DNA of 64,000 nt from Eledone cirrhosa. Taxonomy: Eukaryota. Location: positions 248,124,001 to 248,188,000 of the forward strand of contig OZ024743.1 in NCBI GenBank assembly GCA_964016885.1, written 5' to 3'. Every line of letters starts with the position of its first letter. Positions within the stretch are counted from its first letter, which is position 1. This document shows positions 1-12,707 of this stretch, piece after piece. The translations under genes and the position numbers were made by a program. The notes below the pieces were generated by a model. It searched no databases, had not been told where the DNA came from, and saw only the letters and a program-made list of their open reading frames with translations.

Positions 1-460
1 TATTTTTCCACATGCCAATTATAGTTGATGGGTCTATAATATACATCCTGCCATGCAATTTCATTTTGATTCATAATACTATCTGATCTAACTTTTCTAA
101 ATCTACTTGAATCTACCCCCACTTCCCAAAACTAAAACATTACAATAGTCTGAAAGAAAATAATAAACCCGCTGCTACACATACAAAAAAAAACCCTGAT
201 ATCAGCTTAAACCAATAAGAAAGCCTCTACATGGTTGTTGAACTTACTAGGATTAGAACCAAATCTTCCTTAAATGAGACCCTACCATGAAAATGGATAT
301 TTAATGATGATGATAATGATAATTGGATAATGTGATATCGCATATATTATTTCCGAAAAAAAGACAGGATGGTCAAAGTTAGAATGCCTTTGGTTGCACT
401 TCTCCTAGATTAAAGCTGACTTAGGGGTTAAACAACAACAGCAAATGATGAAGGCTTTAC

Positions 461-558
461 CTTTTCATTATCAATTTTGCACTGAAAAATAGTTCCTTTG
501 CCAGCTTCTGGTCCCCAAGCTGTACCATTATAAAGTGGATCATTTATGATTGGATGTC
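461..558 (-). CDS. RPUSD2: RPUSD2-like exon 9 (gene continues beyond the left edge)
   Basis: gaaag|GA CAT...AAG|gtaaag; encodes GHPIINDPLYNGTAWGPEAGKG; no stop codon is reached within the window. Confidence 0.93.
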
Positions 559-1183
559 CTTTCAGAAAAAAACAAATAATATTAGCACAATATCTCTTTT
601 ATATCATATCATAGCATAGCATCAAGACAAAAGAAATTAATACATATTTCAACAGTTTTCTATCCACTTTTAATGAAGCCATGGGTTGAATATATGTTGA
701 ATATAAAAAGTGTCACTACCAGTGATAGGAAGTCGAATTTGAACTCAGAACACACAGAGTAGAAACAAAGTTTCCTTCAACTAAATTCAATCACAAGATA
801 TTAGTTGGCCTAAGGCTATAGTAGAAGACACTTGCCCAATGTGTCACACAGTAGGATAGAACTCAAAATGATGTGGTTGAAAAGCAAACTTCTTAACCAA
901 ACAGCTATACCTCTATTATCAAAGATTGGCCTCATAACTAAATTCAGATATTGCAAGACCAATGTTCTAATAATTCCATTGATTCACTACCCCTGGATTG
1001 GTACTTTATCAACTGTGAAAGGATGAAAGACAAATTTGATCTCAATGGTATTTGAACTCAAGGTGCAAAGATTTGGACTGGTGCTTGACTTTGCCAATTC
1101 GCTGCCTTTAGATCAATAGTATGATTGAACAATGGTCAGTTTTTCAGTTAGTAAATAGAAACAGAATGAAAGGAAATATTTAC

Positions 1184-1237
1184 CTAAATATTGTAAATGT
1201 ACACGCAGCTGATGTGTTCGTCCTGTGTAAGGAACAC
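1184..1237 (-). CDS. RPUSD2: RPUSD2-like exon 8
   Basis: ttccag|GT...TTA G|gtaaat; encodes CVPYTGRTHQLRVHLQYLG (motif III). Confidence 0.95.
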   Translation of the reverse strand: MFLTQDEHISCVYIYNI

Positions 1238-1744
1238 CTGGAAAATACAAAGTTAATGAATGTGAATGAATGCATGAGAAATTAATATTGTTAATTAAGA
1301 AGAATTAGGTTATGAATTGGTAGATTTGTTTGGGCATCAAATGCTTTGTAGTATTCCTTCTGGCTCTCTCTACTCTGAGTTCAAATTTTGCCAGGGTCAA
1401 TCATATTCTTTCGGGATTGATAAATAAGGTATCACTTCAAGTGTGGTGGATTGGTGGAATCAGTATTGTCAGACAAGGTGCGTTGCAGTATATGTTCTGG
1501 CTCTGTATGTTCCAAATTCAAATGGAAAAGTGTATGTAATAATGATAATGTTGATGACAGTAAGAATCAAAGCTTATTTTCTTAAAACAAATATTATGCT
1601 ATCTTTTATTCAATATAACTCAATAGCTAACACAAAGTTTTTAACCTTCAGCACGCTGTCAGCAACAAATTGCGACAAGAGAAGCAATTCATTTAAAAAA
1701 ATTCAGCGTCCTAAAGATTAAGATTTGAGAAATATACTACTTAC

Positions 1745-1881
1745 ACCTAACAACACTCGATTTTCCATTGTAACTAAGGCGGTTAAAGAGTGTCTTGCTT
1801 TCTTTTCCACTAGATCGAACTTGCCACAAAGATATTTTATGATTAATGCATTCCAGTGGTTGATCAACTTCAATATCACCA
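1745..1881 (-). CDS. RPUSD2: RPUSD2-like exon 7
   Basis: tttcag|T GGT...AGG T|gtaagt; encodes GDIEVDQPLECINHK...GKESKTLFNRLSYNGKSSVVR. Confidence 0.93.
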
Positions 1882-2101
1882 CTGAAAAGTTAAAATAAAA
1901 GTAATTCCGTATAAGAATATATATTGAATTTTGCTATATTGTGTATTAAATATAAAATATAATTGAACATTGTCGAAAAGATGAAATAAATTTGAATTAT
2001 TGTAATAGAAAAGATGATTAAAATAACCTCTGAAAATATTGAGATAAATAAACTTTTAAAATTGAATTCTCTTTTGCCAGTATACAGCATATACATGTGT
2101 A

Positions 2102-2608
2102 CGAGGGGGCTTCAAAAAGTTAGTGGAAAAAGTACATAGCTAGAAATTCATATGCAGAGATTTCGATCTCAATGCACCTGTACGTTCTTGTACTAACGTG
2201 TCATAAGATGAACCCTTAAATGCATATTGCAACAATGCGGCGCCAGTCGGAAGTTAGCACCCGCTCAAGCCACATAGTCTCCATCAGAACATCAAATTCA
2301 TGAGGAAGCTAGGATGGAAGAGCAGCCAAATCATTGACGCTCTGGAGCAAGTTTACGGGGACAATGCCCCAATCTAAAAATGGCTAAGACATTTTAGAAG
2401 TGGAAGAGATGAGGTTGAAGATGTAAAAAAAGGTGCTTTGATATGGTTAAATTGCATGGCCCTCAGTTTTATATGGATGAACTTAAAGGCTTGTATTAAC
2501 GCTTGCAGAGGTGTACTGACTTAGATGGAGGATATGTTGAAAAATAAACATAATTTAAACCATTTTTTCCAACTGACCTTTTTCCACAAACTTTTTGAAG
2601 CACACACC
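2102..2608 (+). mobile_element. Internally deleted mariner element
   Basis: TA-flanked; TIRs CGAGGGGGCTTCAAAAAGTTAGTGGAAAAA / TTTTTCCACAAACTTTTTGAAGCAC; transposase remnants (..FRSGRDEVED.. and C-terminal ..RCTDLDGGYVEK*). Confidence 0.8.
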
Positions 2609-2803
2609 TATTTTACATACTATTTACATTCTTGGTTCAGTACTTGATTTGAATATAAGTTAGTAGATCTAGTAGATAAGTCATATGCTGGTTTTAACAT
2701 TGTATTTTTGTAGAAATATGGTATGACATATACAAAGTTTATACAGTAGGCTATCACTGTCCTACTTGATTTTAATGGTAATCTTAGAATACAGTTTACT
2801 TAC

Positions 2804-2945
2804 TCAGGAAATCGTCCAACCACTCGGCATACATACTCCTTGTGTACCTGTTTGTTAAGAATCTGGTCTTCTAGTTCCCTGGTCTTCTTTGCAGTTTTAG
2901 CACAAATCAGAACACCAGATGTCAATCGGTCAAGACGATAAATAT
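2804..2945 (-). CDS. RPUSD2: RPUSD2-like exon 6 (contains the catalytic Asp)
   Basis: ttatag|AT...CCT GA|gtaagt; encodes IYRLDRLTSGVLICAK...KEYVCRVVGRFP (motifs II and IIa). Confidence 0.95.
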
Positions 2946-3451
2946 CTATAAGTAAATATTGAAAGAATTTTGTTTTTGAATGAAATTTTAGAAAGCAATA
3001 TTTGGAAATCTAAAAGAATATATCTAAAGTAAAGAAATACTTCCAATAATAAATGGAAAGTTAGTCTATATATATTGGTTAACAATCAAGTTTTACCATT
3101 ATTTCAAACTTTTTTTTAGTTAACAGTAAGAAGAGCATCTGTTTTTAAAAATCCTTTTGATATCAAACAAAATTATACTGGCCCTGGTTCTACAATTCAA
3201 AACTTTCCGAAAATTAGCTATTTCATTAAATCCCCTCAAATTCTTCAATATTTTCAAAATATTTGAAAACTACAGGCTGTACTTTTTCATTAGAAATATG
3301 GTAACAAAGAGTTAAAAATCAACTGGTTCAAGAATACGTGATAACAACCCCATTCATGATAGAATATAAAAACCTTGATGTAAATCAGTATGATCATATT
3401 GATTTGCTAGACGCAAATCAATAACTTATTTGATACAAGTTCTCTTTAATA

Positions 3452-3679
3452 CAGTGTTTTCTAAAGTGGGTTCCCCAAGAACATTTTGGGGTCTCATGAG
3501 TTAAGATGTCTTTTGATATAAAAGAAATTTATCATGTTTTTATATGAATTCACTCTTTAAAACAATTTTCATTTCATTTAATTTCTTACTAAAATGATTG
3601 TCTGTAAAATAAAGGTATGGTTTCTGTGATTTTTGTAAAATCATTTAAAGGTTTCATGACAAAATAGGTTTGAAAACCG
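3452..3679. mobile_element. hAT (Charlie-like) MITE
   Basis: Ends CAGTGTTTTCTAAAGT / GTTTGAAAACCG; near-perfect 8-bp TSD ctttaata / ctttagta. Confidence 0.6.
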
Positions 3680-5098
3680 CTTTAGTAGAACTGTTCTATT
3701 TTAATACAATTTATGATTAGCATTAATCTATCTATGGTCGCCGATCTGTCTTTACACATACCCTGTGTCTATCATCAACATTATCACCACAAATATCTTC
3801 CAGCTGGCTATCGATGTAATTTCTTTTCCTTCTATCTATGTTAGCATTAAAATTAATTTTACAATCAAAGCTTTTAAATCTTTAGTTTGACTAAATACTG
3901 GCAAATTAGAGGTTAAATGAATACAAAAAACATAATTAGAATATCTGTATTGAATATGGAGATGACATTCTCCCTAGTGCTGGTGCCCAGTACACTCAGT
4001 ATAAAGGTAGTGCTGATACCACAACAAAATGCACACAGTAGACTCTATAAAGTGGTAGTATTGGTGCTACAATAAAGTGCACCCAGAATACTTTGCGAAG
4101 TGGTCAGCATTAGAGGAAGGGCATCCAGCTGTACAAACCATGTTAAAATATGGACTGTATCAGCAAGACAGTTTTCCGACTCATCTTGTCTTGGACCATG
4201 ACAACCCATTCAACCCATGCCAGTGGATGTAAACTGATGATGATGAACAAGACTACTTCAAACTGAGATAGGTTTGATGAACTTTCCTTCCCTATTGTTA
4301 TATAATCAGAATTATTTGATTTGCTATTAAAAAATTGAATGAATAAAAACAAAAGAAAATGTTTTACTACATATGTGTTTAAAAAAGTTCAAGTCTGTAC
4401 TAAAACCGGCGGTTCATCAGGGTGAAGCTTATTCTGGTTTTATTAGTGTTAATCAACAGAGAATACAATACTCCCTCCTGGATAGATCACCAGTCCATTG
4501 CATAGTTAATCCATAGCTATTGCTTCTGGAACTCATTTTCAGCTGAATGGATAAGAGCAAAGTAAAATGAAATGTCTTGCTCAAGAACATAATGCACTGA
4601 ATTGAATCTGCAACATTATGACAGTGAGCCCAATACCTTAACCACTAGAATGTGCAGCTTTTTAAACTCTTTATACGTGACCAATAGTTTGCATAATTAA
4701 CTTCTGAATCCATCAATATCTGAAAGAAAACTTGTTGCTATGTACTTATGTTCCATGAATTGATTTTATACCTCTCATAACATGTAGGCCACCCAGCATA
4801 TGACATGCTGAACAGAGCTGAGTTGTGGACTTAATTTCCAAGTAACTTGTTAAAAAAACAGAATTAGAAAAACAAAACAAAAAAGAAGTAATTTTCTTTT
4901 ATTTTGCTTTGTAACCACTGATGAAAAATTAAGACTTCCTAGAATCAGTAGTGTCTGAGATACCAGATTGGATTATCACTCAAACAAATAAACATTACAA
5001 AACAGTGACAATATTTTGGTGTTTGAGTATGTTGGATAGAGGGCAATGATGATAGTGGTGCAGAAAAAGTTATAAACATTAACAAATTTATTGCTTAA

Positions 5099-5304
5099 CC
5101 CTTTAGCATTTAAACTGGCCGTATCCGGCCAGAATTCTCTCACTTCTTTCTGTTCAAACCAACCGTAATTAGCCACTCATGCTGATGTTAAGGTATTGTT
5201 CTCAAAATAAATAATATCAAAATTTCAGATTCGATATTATGTGAGATAAAGCCTTTACTGTGAAAATACAATAGTATATATCAAGTAATGTAAATGCTAA
5301 AGGG
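5099..5304. mobile_element. TTAA-flanked (piggyBac-like) MITE, family A
   Basis: TTAA|CCCTTTAGCATTTA...TAAATGCTAAAGGG|TTAA. Confidence 0.85.
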
Positions 5305-6062
5305 TTAATCTTTTTGGTACCAACGTGCCACAAACTGCCTCTGGTTATAAGAAACAAAATCACTAATTTTAAAGGGTTTCTATTTAAATTAAAACCTTCC
5401 AATATAATTTAACTTTTTCTAAGTTATGTTACAAATACCATCTTAGTAATGATTCTAACTAAGCCCAGTAATTTGGGGAGAGGGTAAAGTTGGTTAAATC
5501 AACCCCAGTACTTGACTGGTACATATTTTATCAACCCTGAAAGGAAGAAAGGTAAACTTGATGTCAGCAGGATTTGAACTCAGAACATAAAGTGCCAGAT
5601 CAAATACCACTACATATGTCAAACACTTTAAGGACGCTGCCAATCCCCTACCCTATACCCTCTTAATGAAATAATCCCTCCAAATTCTTCAATAACAAAT
5701 TAAAATATAATGTATTTCATTAAGTTTAAATAACTGATCAATAAGAATATCTTCGCATTTTTTAATATAAAAGAATAAAGTTCACCTATATAAAAAACAT
5801 TGTTAGTGTTGTTAAACAATGTACATGGCTCTATTTGCCTTGCTAACAATGGGTACCACTATTACATTACAGTTGGGTGGTTAATAGATGGATTTAAATT
5901 TGTTGTAAAAGGTGCTTGATCCCAATATGCAAATGTCAACATTTGCAAAGAGTCGCCCCATGTATGTCAGCATGGGAACAAGAAAAACAGATGTTTTTAG
6001 CTCGACATCTAAACTCTTATTACTTTTTGTATATCCAATAGACACTGATGTTTCATAGTAAA

Positions 6063-6399
6063 CTAGCAGAATGGCTCAGCGTTGCTTGGGATTTGCTCTA
6101 GGGTTCTTATATATTTGATATATATTTATCCTTCTCGAGCCTCGTGAAGTAAATATGTTTGTTTATATTTTGTTATTGTGTATGCAAAAATATCTGTACA
6201 CAAATATATAAATAACAGTACAGAGAAGCACGGAATACCTCGGCCTCGGGTTGGTGTCTACAATTTGTGCTTATAAAAAAAATTTGTCATACATTACCAG
6301 GGTTTTTTTCCGTTCAAAGAAAATCAATACTTTATCACAAAATAAATACTTTTGTTTATATTTTGTTATTGTGTATGCAAAAATATCTGTACACGAATA

Positions 6400-6439
<40 letters not shown>

Positions 6440-6908
6440 TAACAGATTAAAGTTTAAGCAAAGAATCGCTGCTTTCACCCTTAACGGGATCTTCTGAAAC
6501 TAAAATAATAAATCTGTGAACGCAGAAGTAAATATTTCGAAAAACGTTACACACTATATATATTTATATACACACACTATATATACATATATACACACAC
6601 ACACACACCGCGTCATAATGTCGTAATGCAGACAGTCAGGCATACAGACAGATTATAAAGGTGCAACGTAATATCTATGTATCTATCTAAAAAAAGAAAG
6701 ACTAAGAATTATAGAGAGAGATCGCTAAATCGCCTAATCTGGTCCATAGGGCATTGAAAATTAAAATTTTTTTTTTTGCTCAAAAGACTCACGGGACCAT
6801 AAGTATTACATGTGTAAAGTTTGAAAACAATCGGTTGGGAGGTTCTTGAGTTTTAATGATTGGACAGACAGACAGACAAACAGGCATTCTCTGTTTTAGT
6901 AATATAGA
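6063..6908 (-). mobile_element. Non-autonomous Helitron
   Basis: Minus strand starts A|TCTATATTACT followed by a (GTCT)n tract and ends with a GC hairpin CCCAAGCAACGCTGAG then CTAG|T; inserted in an AT dinucleotide with no TSD. Confidence 0.75.
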
Positions 6909-6943
6909 TGATTAACATTTCCATGTTGCATATAACTACTCAC

Positions 6944-7110
6944 TTCTTAAGTTACTGTAGCCATATTCCTTGCCAAGAATGAAGACAATAGAATTGTATC
7001 TGTACCTTCCACAGGGATGACAAGGAATTGAAGATGGCTTATTGATGACAATTAAATCTTCATTGTCTTCAAGAATTTCTAATTTTGAGCCAACCACAGG
7101 ATTTTCATGC
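6944..7110 (-). CDS. RPUSD2: RPUSD2-like exon 5
   Basis: ttcag|G CAT GAA...AGA A|gtgagt; encodes HENPV...VINKPSSIPCHPCGRYRYNS (RluA motif I). Confidence 0.95.
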
Positions 7111-7226
7111 CTGAAGGTAAAGTAAAAATAAGGTTTCCATAATACTTGATCAAAGAAATTAATAAGAAATGTGATGAGGATGATTAAGTGAAAGTAGATA
7201 GAAAGAATAGCAAAACATGATTTAAA

Positions 7227-7480
7227 CCCTTTTGATACCAAACTGCCTGAAACGACCCTTGGTTCTACAATACAAAACTATTTTAAATTGTATATATTTA
7301 TCTAAATACCTTCCATCACAATTTTATGAAAGAATCATCATCACCATCAATTAACATCTATCTTCCATGCTGGAAGTTAACTATATTACTAATCCCCACA
7401 CACACTAATTCTTGATTAGTTTTTTTTAAATTTGAAAATGATAAGAAATGCCTTTCATTAGAAATATGGTAACAAAAGGG
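7227..7480. mobile_element. TTAA-type MITE, family B
   Basis: CCCTTTTGATACCA...TGGTAACAAAAGGG; related copies near 3150-3312, 5309-5460, 35286-35510 and 59418-59902. Confidence 0.7.
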
Positions 7481-8387
7481 TCAAACATTTGCTTCTGGCA
7501 TAGGTGTTTGAGTTGTTAAAGTACAGAACTTGTAACATGGAAGCAACAATTCCAACTGTTGCTATTAGCACTGTTTTGTGCTTCTAGGAAAAGATCATTA
7601 CATTACTTGCCACTAAAAACATAGCTGAACCCATGGTTAAATGGGTAGCTTTGATTTTTCTTTGTTTAGTCAGGGAGGGAAGAGCACTATGCATGACCAT
7701 TTACAGGGTTTGTGAGACTGGTGGAAGAAAGGAAAGTAGGTATCTTCAAATTGGAGACCTGACCTGAATGCATGAAACTGAGTGGACTTTGCTGAAAGCA
7801 CCCAAGAACCAGATTAAACCATGCAGAAGATTGAATCTTCTACCCAAGTAGGCCATGAGTAAGTGGGAGTGATTAGAACTAGGAATGCAAAAGGACAAAA
7901 GAAATGCTGCAAAGGCTTCTTGTCTTAACAATTCTCACAATTCATTGTCCTGGTTAGATACTTTATTTTATTCACCCTGAAAAGATGAAAAGCTAAGTTG
8001 ATTTGAACTTAGAATGTAGAGAGATAAAATAAATACTGCAAGTCATTTCCTCCTATGCTCTAACAACAACGAATTTACTGCTTATGTTTAACGACAGTTT
8101 CTAGCTGTAAAAAACTGTTCTGGGTCATTCAGATATGGATTTCTAATTTCGGCACTTAGCCAGCATATTTGGATGAAGGACAAAGTTAATTAAATCAACC
8201 TCCGTACTTGATTAGTACTTTATTTTATTGAACCTGGAAGGATTAAAGTTGACCTTGGCAGGATTTGAACTCAGAATGTAAAGAGACAGAACAAATGTCA
8301 CAATGACATTTTATCTGATGCTCTACTAGTTCTGTCAAACCAAATTCTTTAAACCCATGCACACAAGAAAGAATATAATATATATTT

Positions 8388-9645
8388 GGAAGCATGGCCG
8401 AGAAACAAAGGGTCTTAAAGTCAACCTGACAAAGACCAAGGTCCTAGTAAATAGAAGGGAAAACAGAGCCCTGATCCTCTCGGGGAAATGGCCTTGCTCA
8501 ATGTGTAGGAAAGGTGTAGGTAGAAGTTCCAACCTTTGTCCCAAATACAAACTATGGGTACACAAGAGATGTACTGGGATATCAAGCAGTTTAGTTAAGA
8601 ACATAGGTTTTACATGTAGCCGTTGCACAGGAGCAGCAAACGACCACAGGAATCAAACGCTATCAAATTCTGGGAAAGTTCTGTAGAATCAGTAGATAGC
8701 TTCTACTACTTGGGTGACCCAATTAGCAGCAGAGGTAGGTGTTCTGAAAGTTCAATAGCTAGAGTGAGAACAGGATGGAAGAAGTTCAGGGAGGTACTAC
8801 TGCTGCTAGCTACAAAAAGCTTTTCCCTCGAAATGAAGGGCAGATTGTAAGATGCATGTATACAAACAGCAATGTTGCTCAATAGTGAGGACTGGGCACT
8901 GTCTGCAAAAGACCTGCAAAGATTGGAAAGAAATGAAGCTTGCATGCTCTGATGGCTGTGTAATAGTAATATATGCAAATGGCAAAGCATAAATGAAACA
9001 GAGAGAAACTAAGCATAATAGGAATCAGATGCAGTGTGCAGGAGAGGTCTCTGTGCTGGTATGAAGGATGACAGCTGTATAAAAAGGTGCAGAGCACTCA
9101 GAGCCGCTGGAAGCTATGGAACAGGAAGAACCAGGAAGACCTGGGATGAAGTGATATAAGCTGACCTTGCACAAATGTACCACTCAAAGGCGATGACACA
9201 GGATTGAAATCTCTGGCGTTATGCAGTATAGAGAAGACCCGCCTTCCCATGAGCACAGGCTGAAGCATACATCTAGCATGCACCACCTTTACCTACGTCC
9301 CCCTTCCATATGCCTCCCATGTCCCGACACCCCACCCAGGTCCTAACACTCTGCCCTTCACACCCACCTCCCCCACCAAAGTCCCCAGCCCACACGGTAA
9401 AGTGGTTATGTAAGTGACACATCAAAAAGCACCCTGTAAACTGGTTGTGTAGGTGTCATGACAAAAAGCACCTAGTATACACCATAAATGTGGTTGGCAT
9501 TAGAAAGGCATCTAGCTGTAGAAACCAAGCCAAAACCAGTTCTATATGAGCAAGACATGGTCATCTGACCCGGCTTATCTCACAACAGGACAACTCGTCT
9601 AACCCATGCTAGCGTGGAAAAAATGGACGTTAAATGATGATGATG
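8388..9645 (+). mobile_element. RTE-clade LINE, 5'-truncated and decayed
   Basis: GLKVNLTKTK, WPCSMCRKGVG, FYYLGD, ARVRTGWKKFRE; ends GGACGTTAAATGATGATGATG. Confidence 0.9.
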
Positions 9646-10854
9646 GAGTGGTTTGTGTATTGTTCAGCAGCAGCATTTTAAGGTCCATTTTTCCATACTT
9701 AATTATGAAATTGACATGCCACCTACTGCACTACCAGACATGGCTGTGTGGTTAAGTTTTCTCCTCAACTATGTGATCTTGATGACCCTAACAATAGTTT
9801 CTAATTTAGGCACAAGGCCTGTAATTTTGGGGAAAAGGAAAGTCGATTACATCAACCTAGTACTTGATTGTTACTTTATTTTATCAACCTCTGATAAGCT
9901 AACTTCGGCAGGCTTTAATTAAAGAATGTAAAGAGTCTGAACAAATACTGCTAAGAATTTGTCTGATTCTGCCAATCCACCACCCTTTTGATAACCATAA
10001 AAATGATGAAAAATGGTAATTTTTATTTGAACATTGATTAGTTAATATTAGATAATGAATAGCTAACTATTGGGTTATTGAAGTGACATTGGGAACAAGA
10101 GATAAGTTGGAGCAAATAAACAAAATTCTTTTGAAGATTTTTCTTGAAGATGTCCATTTTTAGGCATCATCAACATCATCATCACTATTTTCCATGCTTG
10201 GATGAGTTAAATGAGTTTCAGAGGCTAGAGGTAGCCATGGCTTGCTCATATTCCATTTTTGGCTTGGTTTCTATGACTGGATGCCAATCCTAATGCTAAC
10301 CACTTTACAGCATGTACTGGGAGCAAGATTTCTATGGCTGGATGTTCTTCCCAACATCAACCACTTTACATGTACTGGGAACATGTAATAGTAGATTTGA
10401 TATATTATAGGAAGTACAGTATGTGTAAGATGTTAGACTACTACCACATAGGACTAAGTTCAAATCATACTATAACCAATCAGTTGTAGAGTAGTACTTA
10501 GCAAGTGACTTGATTTGAGACTGTGTTGAAACTGAAACAATTATATCAGAGAAGAGTCAATTAAGCCATTCAAATAACACACAAAAACTGTTGAATTCAC
10601 TTTACATTTATCATTTACCTATTAGTTTCAGTTATTTTACTTCTATGTAAAATATATAATTTTATTTGCTTCAGACTCTCTGGCTGAAAACATGTAAAAA
10701 AATATACATCCAGCTGTGAAATAAATCTTACTTCCACAATAAACATTGAAAGCTTGTCGTTGAAAAATGGACGAACAGAAAAAGTTGAAATTCCTAAGAT
10801 TTCCAGCTATTTAAATTAATAAACACTTGTAATTAAGAGAATAAACTTACTCAC

Positions 10855-10955
10855 CGGTGTATTCTATGTGAAATAATATCATTAAAAGTTAGCACATAAT
10901 TTCCTTCAGTTTGTTTATTGTTTACTAACAATAAGCCATTTTTCATATCATCTTC
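10855..10955 (-). CDS. RPUSD2: RPUSD2-like exon 4
   Basis: ttcag|GAA...CAC CG|gtgagt; encodes EDDMKNGLLLVNN...NDIISHRIHR (S4-like region); phases match both neighbours. Confidence 0.9.
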
Positions 10956-12585
10956 CTGAATAGAAAAAAATGTATTGTTTTAAAGTATGAATTTGAATGG
11001 AATGAAGAATAACAAAGGAATTAGTTAGGAAATTATGAAACTGTATGGAGGTATGTGTAAGAAATATCATACTATATGTCAGTAAAATACAGTTGATTGT
11101 TGTGAAAAATCTGAAAATGTGGATTAATACAATGTCAGATTTTAAATCATTACATATATGGTCTTTACTGTTGGATCAGATGTCTGATCATCTTTTCATT
11201 ATACTATAGATTCATTGAATAGAGCCAGTTCATCTCGTCCTAAGAGAACTCAAGTAAGATGATACTGAAATGAATAGTAGTGATATGCCTGTTCTTTTAC
11301 TCAAGGAAAAATATCCATTAAAATGTCAATGATGATCTTTAAATGAAAACCTATTTCACATATACCTTACAATTTTAACAAAGCTAAGTTTACACAATAT
11401 TAATCAAGAAAGCTTGACTGAAATTCTTCAGAATATTTCATGGTTGAAGAAAAAAAGAAAATGTGTATATATATCCAGTTTAGAATAGGTGCACAGTATC
11501 TGTGTCATAAGAAGTAACTAAAAGAGTTGACACCAGGAAGGGCATCTGGCCATAAAACAATGTATCAAAAAGGACCCCATGACAAGTATATGGGCAAGGT
11601 ACAGCCTAAAGTAATTCAGAGTGGTGCCCACCCCTTCTCATCAAATCTTAAGGGGAGAAACTTGGTCAAAAAATCACACACAATCGTTTTTGGTAAACAA
11701 ATTCAGCCTGTTGTTGATCAAATTATATGCCTGTATTTACACTAAATACATTATTTGATCAATACTGAAAGATGATTGTGTTGGATATTTTTAGGAATAT
11801 AATAAGAGAGTTAAAAAATGAGAATAAAGGCAAGCACTATGAAATCCTCACAAACACTCCATTAAAATTCTATATAATTGATTTTCGCAAATAACTGTTT
11901 ATTAATTCTGTAGTCTTCTTTGATATATACTAAATGTATCAGAGGTAGAGATAAATATTAGTATCACCACTAGACAGTGAAAATATTCAATATGTCTAGA
12001 TGTATGATAGAAAACTGTTATTTCAAAGTGTTTATATTTATCTAAAAACCTTCCCTCATAATTTTATGTAAGAACATTTGTTAAATATTATATATTTTAT
12101 TAGACTTGATGGTAAATAAATGTATTTCATACACAGCATAAAATGTGAAATGCTAGCTCAGTTAAACAAGATAATTACATAGATATGAAAAAGAAAGATA
12201 AAAACAAAAATAAGTAATTAGAAAAGGGGGAAGGGGTAAAGAAGGGCAGATCTGGCTGCACAGGAAAGCAGACGAAAGGACAAATTACGTTCCAAGCATA
12301 AGCTTAATAACAAGAAAGTTAGTTATATTACTAAATTCCTCTAAATTCTTGATTATTTTTTTAATTATTTGAAAATCATAGACTTTGGTATTTTTATTAT
12401 TAGAAATACAGTAATGAAATGGTTAAGCAAAATATATGTAGTGTTATCTGAGCCACAGAACAATAGCTTCATCTCAAAACTTTAGTCATGCCTTGATTTC
12501 TAGAAAATATGTTCTGAAAATTATTTTCTATTTAATTCAATTCAGTTACTGACATAAGCATATGAAGAATGTTTCTTCCACATAC

Positions 12586-12707
12586 CAGTGATTCTTCAGA
12601 TACAACATGAAACTCTTTCACAAACACATCCCTCAGTGTTCTTCCTTTCCATCTGCCTTTCACATGTGAGTTGAATGTATAGTAATAAGGATATGCTTTC
12701 CGAAGAT
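12586..12707 (-). CDS. RPUSD2: RPUSD2-like exon 3
   Basis: aacag|AT...CTG|gtatgt; encodes NLRKAYPYYYTFNSHVKGRWKGRTLRDVFVKEF, the conserved LRKVxPY...KGRW block. Confidence 0.93.
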
